This document shows positions 58,934 through 64,000 of a stretch of DNA of 64,000 bases, piece by piece; position 1 is the first letter of the stretch, and every line of letters begins with the position of its first letter. The stretch covers positions 2,155 through 66,154 of the forward strand of contig JAJDGD010000002.1 of assembly GCA_030265505.1 (NCBI GenBank), written 5' to 3'. Under the pieces are notes generated by a model, which was not told the origin of the DNA, did no database searches, and was given only the letters and a program-made list of their open reading frames with translations. The DNA is from Ruminococcaceae bacterium OttesenSCG-928-O06. GTDB taxonomy: Bacteria; Bacillota; Clostridia; Oscillospirales; Ruminococcaceae. A program made the translations under genes and the position numbers.

Positions 58934-59045
58934 TAAAACACCGCTTCTCTCTGGTTTTCCGCACACTCGTCACTGCCCTCTATTCTACAATAGTTCCCCG
59001 GCAATGTAAAGAAGATTCCCCCTTGTTACACACATTCCACACGCA

Positions 59046-59082
59046 CTAAAAAGGGCGGGTTCTTGCATGGACCCGCCCTTTG
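59046..59082 (-). terminator. Intrinsic terminator after secDF
   Basis: On the minus strand the hairpin AAAGGGCGGGT-loop-ACCCGCCCTTT is followed by TTTTAG. Confidence 0.65.
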
Positions 59083-59111
59083 AGATATGCTTTTGCCGCA
59101 GCATGTGCCGG

Positions 59112-61499
59112 CTATTTTTTGCCGCTTTTGGCGGTGGCCTTTTTGCCGGTTGCAGCCGGGGCGTTCTTCTGGCCGCGGCCTTCCCACGCCACCCACAGGG
59201 GCCCGGCAATGCAGATGGTACTGTACACGCCCGACACCATGCCCATCATCATGGGAAAGGCGAAGGTGAAGATGCTTTCCAGCCCGTACACCAGGGCAAA
59301 AATGCACACACAGCCCAGGGCCATCAGCGTGGTGGCCGAGGTGTTGAAGGCCCGCTTGACGCTTTGGTTGATGCTGGTGTTTACCAACTCTGCAAAGGGC
59401 ATGCGCTTGCCGTACAACGCGCGGTTCTCGCGGATGCGGTCGTAGATAACCACGCTGCTGTTGATGGAGTAGCCAAGGATGGTGAGCAGCACCGCAATGA
59501 AGTTGCCCGAAAGCGGGATGCGCAGAACCACAAACACGCCGTACACAATGATAAGGTCGTGCACCAGGGCCACCACGGCGGTGATGCCGCCCCGCCACCC
59601 GCCAATTTTGCGGAAACGGATGGCAACATATACAAGGATGAGCGCCGAGGCAAGCACCACGGCCACCAGGCACTTGTACAAAAAGTTCCTGCCTATGGTG
59701 GGCTCCACATTGTTTACTTCCAGCGCCTCAAAGGCGTTTTCGGGGAAGTGCTCGTCCAGCGTTGCGCCCAGGCTCTCCGTCTGTTCCAAATCCAGTGTGG
59801 TGCTGCCCGGCAGGGTAACGGTAAGGGTTTGGGTGCCGGCGGCATTGCTGCCGGTTTGCAGGGTGGGCTGTATGCCCAAAGTCTCCTCTACCAGCTTTTG
59901 GGCCTCGTCCACGTCCAGCGTGCCGGTATAGCTGTACGAGAGGATGGACCCCCCGCGGAACTGTACGTCCATGCCCACGCCAAGGCCCACGGTGGCCACA
60001 ATGATAACGGCAACCAGCACGGCCGAAATGGCAAACCAGCGCTTGCGGTTCCCCACAATGTTGAAGGGCTTGTTCGCCTGGTCTGCCTGGCCCACTTTCA
60101 GTCCGCCGTACAGCACGGGGGACCGCAGCTTTTCAAACTTGGACAGGGACGTTACCATCACGCGGGTGCAGCCCACCCCAAACACGAAGTTCAGCAAAAC
60201 GCCCCACAGCAGTGTAAAGCCGAAGGAGTAAATGGTGCCGGCCGTGGCCTGCCCAAAAGCGAAGAACACAGGCTTCAAAATGGTGGCAAAGAAACCGTCG
60301 GTGGGGCCAAAGGCGCCCATCAGTATCGCCGCAACAATCAGCACCGTAACGTTGCCGTCGATAACCGGCGCAAGCCCCCGGCGGAAGCCTGCCTGCAAGG
60401 CGGCATCCAGCTTTTTGCCGCTGCGCAGCTCTTCTTTGATACGCTCGCCCATGATGACGTTGGCGTCCACCCCCATGCCCACGGCCAAAATGATGCCCGC
60501 GATGCCCGGCAGGGTGAGGGTGCTGCCGCTGAACACCACAAAAAAGCCGGAGACGATGGCGATGGTGAAGGCCGTTTGCCCCAGCAGGGAAATGCTGGCC
60601 ACAAAGCCCACCAGCTTGTAGTTCCATATCATAAATAGCACAATGAGGACAAACGCCACAATGCCCGCGATGACCATGGCCCGCAGGGACTGTGCGCCCA
60701 GCGTGGGGCTAATGGTGGAATAGCTTTCCGCCTGCAGGGCAAAGGGCAGCGCGCCGGCGTTTATTTTGTCTGCCAGGGCCTTGGCGCTTTCGGCATCAAA
60801 GTTCCCGGTAATCACCGCCTCCGAGGCGTTGATGGCCTCGCTGACGGAGGGGTTGCTGATGACGGTGTCGTCCATCCAAATGGAGATGGTGTTGCCCTCT
60901 TCCGCTGCCTTGGCGGTGGCCGCGGCAAACTTGGCGGTGCCCTCTTCGCTCAGCTTCAGTTCAACAAAATATTCCCCGGTGCTGTTGTTGCTCACCGCGC
61001 CATACTGGGCCGTGGCGCTTATCACGTCGTTGCCCTGCAGTATGATATTCTCGGCCGTTGCCCCGGTGGGCAAGCCGTTTTCGTCCACCTCGTACCCCTC
61101 GCGGAAGGTGAGGATGGCCGCGGTGGAAAGCTCTTGTATGGCCGTCTCGGGGTTGAAATCACTCTCCCCCGCCTGCCAGGGGAAACGCAGAATGATGCGC
61201 CCACGGCTTACGTCTTTGTACAGCTCATAGTCGTTGATGCCCAGGTTCAACAGGCGCTGCTCCACCACAGACTGTGCCGAGTTCATCTGTTGCTCGGTGG
61301 GCTCCACATCAATGGCGGGTGAGAAGGTCACCTCCACGCCGCCCTGGATATCGATACCAAAGCGGATCTCGGACGCGGGCTTTACAATGGGCGTCACGAT
61401 ATCACCATACCGGCTGCTGGCGCCAAAAAAGGTGGTGTATGCCAGAATAAAGATCAGGATCGCTATGAGGAAAAACCAAATCTTCCCTTTTCTCTTCAT
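59112..61499 (-). CDS. secDF: Protein translocase subunit SecDF (fused SecD/SecF)
   Basis: 795 aa. A large periplasmic-type loop is followed by two six-TM SecD/SecF modules (GILAVGMGVDANVIMGERIKEE ... TILGYSINSSVVIYDRIREN). Confidence 0.9.
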   Translation of the reverse strand: MKRKGKIWFFLIAILIFILAYTTFFGASSRYGDIVTPIVKPASEIRFGIDIQGGVEVTFSPAIDVEPTEQQMNSAQSVVEQRLLNLGINDYELYKDVSRGRIILRFPWQAGESDFNPETAIQELSTAAILTFREGYEVDENGLPTGATAENIILQGNDVISATAQYGAVSNNSTGEYFVELKLSEEGTAKFAAATAKAAEEGNTISIWMDDTVISNPSVSEAINASEAVITGNFDAESAKALADKINAGALPFALQAESYSTISPTLGAQSLRAMVIAGIVAFVLIVLFMIWNYKLVGFVASISLLGQTAFTIAIVSGFFVVFSGSTLTLPGIAGIILAVGMGVDANVIMGERIKEELRSGKKLDAALQAGFRRGLAPVIDGNVTVLIVAAILMGAFGPTDGFFATILKPVFFAFGQATAGTIYSFGFTLLWGVLLNFVFGVGCTRVMVTSLSKFEKLRSPVLYGGLKVGQADQANKPFNIVGNRKRWFAISAVLVAVIIVATVGLGVGMDVQFRGGSILSYSYTGTLDVDEAQKLVEETLGIQPTLQTGSNAAGTQTLTVTLPGSTTLDLEQTESLGATLDEHFPENAFEALEVNNVEPTIGRNFLYKCLVAVVLASALILVYVAIRFRKIGGWRGGITAVVALVHDLIIVYGVFVVLRIPLSGNFIAVLLTILGYSINSSVVIYDRIRENRALYGKRMPFAELVNTSINQSVKRAFNTSATTLMALGCVCIFALVYGLESIFTFAFPMMMGMVSGVYSTICIAGPLWVAWEGRGQKNAPAATGKKATAKSGKK

Positions 61500-61566
61500 C
61501 GTCTCCTCCAGAGAGATTTATTCACAGGCACTCCATTTTCAGCGCGGGCACAATGGCTGCCGTACG

Positions 61567-62844
61567 TTACGCAGGCTGGGCCGCCAGCAGTTTTTCCACA
61601 CTGGCAAGGCGGGTGGCAATGCACAAAAGCTGTGCGGCGGTTTTCAGTTCCTCTATGGGCGGGTAGGTGGGCGCAATGCGGATATGGCTGTCGTTTGGGT
61701 CCACCCCATACGGGAAGGCCGCCCCGGCGCCGGTAAGCACCACGCCGGCCTGCTTGCACAGGGCCACCACGCGCTTGGCGCAGCCATCGGGCACAAACAG
61801 GCTTAAAAAGTAGCCGCCCTTCGGCTCCGTCCACCGGGCTATGGTCCCGCAGGCATCCAGCTGGCGGTGCAGCTCGTCCACCACCACGCCGAACTTCGGG
61901 CGCAGCATCTGCGCGTGCTTTTCCATGTGGTTTTCAAGGCCCACCTTTCGCAAAAAGCGCACATGGCGCAGCTGGTTTATCTTGTCGTAGCAAATGGTCA
62001 TGGGGAACAGGTATTCGGCCGCTGCCGCAACGTTTTGCACGCTGGCGCCCATGGCCCCCACCCCACCGCCGGAAAACGTCACCTTACTGGTTGAGCAGAA
62101 CATCAGCGCCCGGTTTTCGTGCCCGGCGGCCCGGCAGGCCAAAAGCAGGTTGGGGCAGGCATAGGCTACCTCGGTAAGGTGGTGCACACCATAGGCGTTG
62201 TCCCAAAAAATGCGGAAGTCCGGCGCGGCGGCGTCCATTTTGGCCAGGCGTTGCACCGTTTCGTCCGAGTAGACATATCCATCCGGGTTCGAATAGACCG
62301 GGATGCTCCAAATGCCTTTTACAGCCTCGTCCCGTACAAGTTCTTCTACCACGTCCATGTCCGGCCCGGTGGGCAGCATGGGTACCATCAGCAGTTCAAA
62401 GCCAAAACTCTCGCTTACGCGGAAGTGCCTGTCGTACCCGGGCGACGGACAGAGGAATTTGATGGTATCGCAGTCTTTCCAGGGCTTGGGGCTTTCGGGA
62501 AAGCCGTGGCGCCAGCCCAGGTCCAACATATTGTACATCATGTTCAGGCTGGAGTTGCCCGCCACGAAGGTCTCCTCTATAGTGGTGCCCAGTATCTCCG
62601 CAAAAAAGCGGCGGGCCTCGGTGCAGCCCTCCAGCGCGCCATAGTTGCGCACATCGGTGCCGTCCTCGTCCATGTAGTCATCCATCTTCAAAAGCGGCAT
62701 GGAAAGGTCCAATTGGTCGGGCGCGGGCTTGCCGCGGCTCATGTCCAGCTTCAGGCCCTTGGCCGCAAAGGCGTCATACTCCTTTTGCAGCGCAGCCTGC
62801 TCTTGCAGCAGGGCATTTTTGTCCATAGAAAAATAGTCGGCCAT
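61567..62844 (-). CDS. PLP-dependent aminotransferase (class I/II fold; substrate unknown)
   Basis: The ATG at 62844 gives MADYFSMDKNALLQEQAALQKEYD...LDMSRGKP. A conserved Lys region is present (FCSTSKVTFSGGG). The ORF-track start at 62919 is an extension. Confidence 0.8.
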   Translation of the reverse strand: MADYFSMDKNALLQEQAALQKEYDAFAAKGLKLDMSRGKPAPDQLDLSMPLLKMDDYMDEDGTDVRNYGALEGCTEARRFFAEILGTTIEETFVAGNSSLNMMYNMLDLGWRHGFPESPKPWKDCDTIKFLCPSPGYDRHFRVSESFGFELLMVPMLPTGPDMDVVEELVRDEAVKGIWSIPVYSNPDGYVYSDETVQRLAKMDAAAPDFRIFWDNAYGVHHLTEVAYACPNLLLACRAAGHENRALMFCSTSKVTFSGGGVGAMGASVQNVAAAAEYLFPMTICYDKINQLRHVRFLRKVGLENHMEKHAQMLRPKFGVVVDELHRQLDACGTIARWTEPKGGYFLSLFVPDGCAKRVVALCKQAGVVLTGAGAAFPYGVDPNDSHIRIAPTYPPIEELKTAAQLLCIATRLASVEKLLAAQPA

Positions 62845-63028
62845 ACACTTCCCCCTCGGTTGCCGTGGTTTTGTAAAACTATTTGTACTTCCCCCGATTC
62901 GCGTACGCGTTTCTTCCACGCTTTCGCAAATACTAAAATATTATAATACAGTTTCCTATATAAAACAAGAGCCTCTCCCTTGACAACGCCCCCCGTTTTT
63001 TATAAGATAAGGAAGCGCCCGCTTGCCC

Positions 63029-63120
63029 GGAGAGATGGCTGAGTTGGTCGAAGGCGCACGACTGGAAATCGTGTATACCCTTTAAAGGTATCGAGGGTTC
63101 GAATCCCTCTCTCTCCGCCA
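63029..63120 (+). tRNA. tRNA-Ser (GGA)
   Basis: GGAGAGATGGCTGAGTTGGTCGAAGGCGCACGACTGGAAATCGTG-(long variable arm TATACCCTTTAAAGGTATC)-GAGGGTTCGAATCCCTCTCTCTCCGCCA. The anticodon loop is CTGGAAA. A TTGACA-16-TATAAG promoter lies upstream. Confidence 0.9.
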
Positions 63121-63126
63121 TATAAA

Positions 63127-63165
63127 AGCCGCCATGTTTCAAACGAAGCATGGCGACTTTTTCAT
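63127..63165 (+). terminator. Terminator hairpin after tRNA-Ser
   Basis: The hairpin GCCGCCATG-loop-CATGGCGAC is followed by TTTTTC. It lies between convergent tRNA-Ser and the MFS gene. Confidence 0.55.
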
Positions 63166-63188
63166 TTCTGTGTGCTGTTTGGCAAGCC

Positions 63189-64000
63189 CTACGGCTTTTT
63201 GATGAACAGCCCGGCCACCCCGCCCACCAGGGCCAGCGCGCCCATGGCACAAAAAGCCGGCAAATAACCGCTGGAGGAATACACCGCCGCCATGATGGTG
63301 GGGCCGATAAACGCCGTGATGAACCCGGGCATAAACACCAGGCTAAAATTGCTGGCGTAATATTTGCTGCCATACATGGTGCGCACAAACGAGGCCGGGT
63401 GCCCCACCGAGCCACCATAGGCCATGCCGATGATGATGAAGCTGACGATGAGCAGCACCACATTGGAGGTTGCCAGGCCCGCGATGGAAATGCCAAAGCC
63501 AACAAGGGCCGTAATGCTAAGCAGCATGCGTATTTTGGTAATGCCCAAAATATCGCACAAGGTGCCCCAGAAAAAGCGGCTTACCCCGTTTGCCACCGAA
63601 AGGCCGCTGGTGGCCACAGTGGCAAGGGCCACGGTGGCCCCAATGGAGGTTGCAGCCGTGGCCGCCTGGCCCACCACCGCCATGCCCGCCGTAACAATGC
63701 CGGTTTGCCACAGCATGAACAGCCAGAACGACGGCCGCCGTATCACCTGAGAGGACGGCATGTCTTCGCCCTGCACGTCAGGGTTGCTTTTGCGCTCGGC
63801 GGGTTTTGGGAACACCGCGTCCTTCGGCGGCGTTTTCATAAAGAAAGACACAAACAGCACCACCGCCGCGGCCACAATGCCAATGGTGATGAACGTACGC
63901 TCGATGCCGATGATGCCGAACAGCCGGGCCACCTGGGTGCCCACCACCAGTGTGGACATGCCAAACGCAAGCAGCAACATGCCCGAGGCCATGCCGGGTT
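63189..64000 (-). CDS. MFS transporter (OFA-like), C-terminal part; N-terminus outside window
   Basis: The reading frame stays open to the window edge. It has multiple hydrophobic helices, a central cytoplasmic loop (KTPPKDAVFPKPAERKSNPDVQGEDMPSSQVIRRPSFW) and a second six-TM bundle. Confidence 0.75.
   Translation of the reverse strand, partial: PGMASGMLLLAFGMSTLVVGTQVARLFGIIGIERTFITIGIVAAAVVLFVSFFMKTPPKDAVFPKPAERKSNPDVQGEDMPSSQVIRRPSFWLFMLWQTGIVTAGMAVVGQAATAATSIGATVALATVATSGLSVANGVSRFFWGTLCDILGITKIRMLLSITALVGFGISIAGLATSNVVLLIVSFIIIGMAYGGSVGHPASFVRTMYGSKYYASNFSLVFMPGFITAFIGPTIMAAVYSSSGYLPAFCAMGALALVGGVAGLFIKKP

Overview
This 64-kb window is GC-rich and densely packed, and reads as core chromosome of a Clostridia-class Firmicute. 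It uses PolC, its gene order is the Firmicute type, and it carries a SCIFF peptide locus. Nearly every gene is housekeeping.

Forward block, 1-9.6 kb: xseA (partial), xseB, ispA, a PAP2-like gene, dxs, tlyA, nadK, argR and recN, followed by a Tyr T-box leader and tyrS.

Reverse block, 9.8-14.6 kb: a lysine-riboswitch-controlled operon of asd, dapA, dapB, a CapA-family lipoprotein and an ACT-domain protein.

Forward block, 14.7-19.2 kb: queA, tgt, yajC, a 49-aa SCIFF ranthipeptide precursor that the ORF track misses, and its radical SAM/SPASM maturase.

The remainder is almost all on the reverse strand:
- a lone tyrosine recombinase of lower GC, then radA
- a six-tRNA operon (Gly-Val-Asp-Phe-Gly-Cys)
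- hslO, a methyltransferase, engB, lon, clpX, clpP and tig
- a phosphoesterase, thrC, yraN, rnhB, ylqF, lepB and rplS
- smpB-ssrA (tmRNA), recR, ybaB and dnaX, with SRP RNA upstream of dnaX
- pta, polC, ispG, rseP, dxr, cdsA, uppS, frr, pyrH, secDF, an aminotransferase and a partial MFS transporter

The forward-strand exceptions are rlmD, nadE, a small membrane ORF, a nitroreductase, a family-4 uracil-DNA glycosylase and tRNA-Ser.

I found no CRISPR array, no transposase or IS element, no phage module, and no multi-gene cassette that looks like a defence system or other novel system. The points most worth a second look are:
1. the hidden SCIFF precursor and its maturase
2. a CapA-family lipoprotein translationally coupled into the lysine-riboswitch DAP operon
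3. a small AT-rich remnant next to the 3' end of ssrA, holding an ORF interrupted at a poly-A tract
4. a structured 168-nt spacer inside the tRNA operon
5. the stand-alone recombinase with palindromes nearby

Everything was read by eye. No HMM, BLAST or RNA-folding computation was run.
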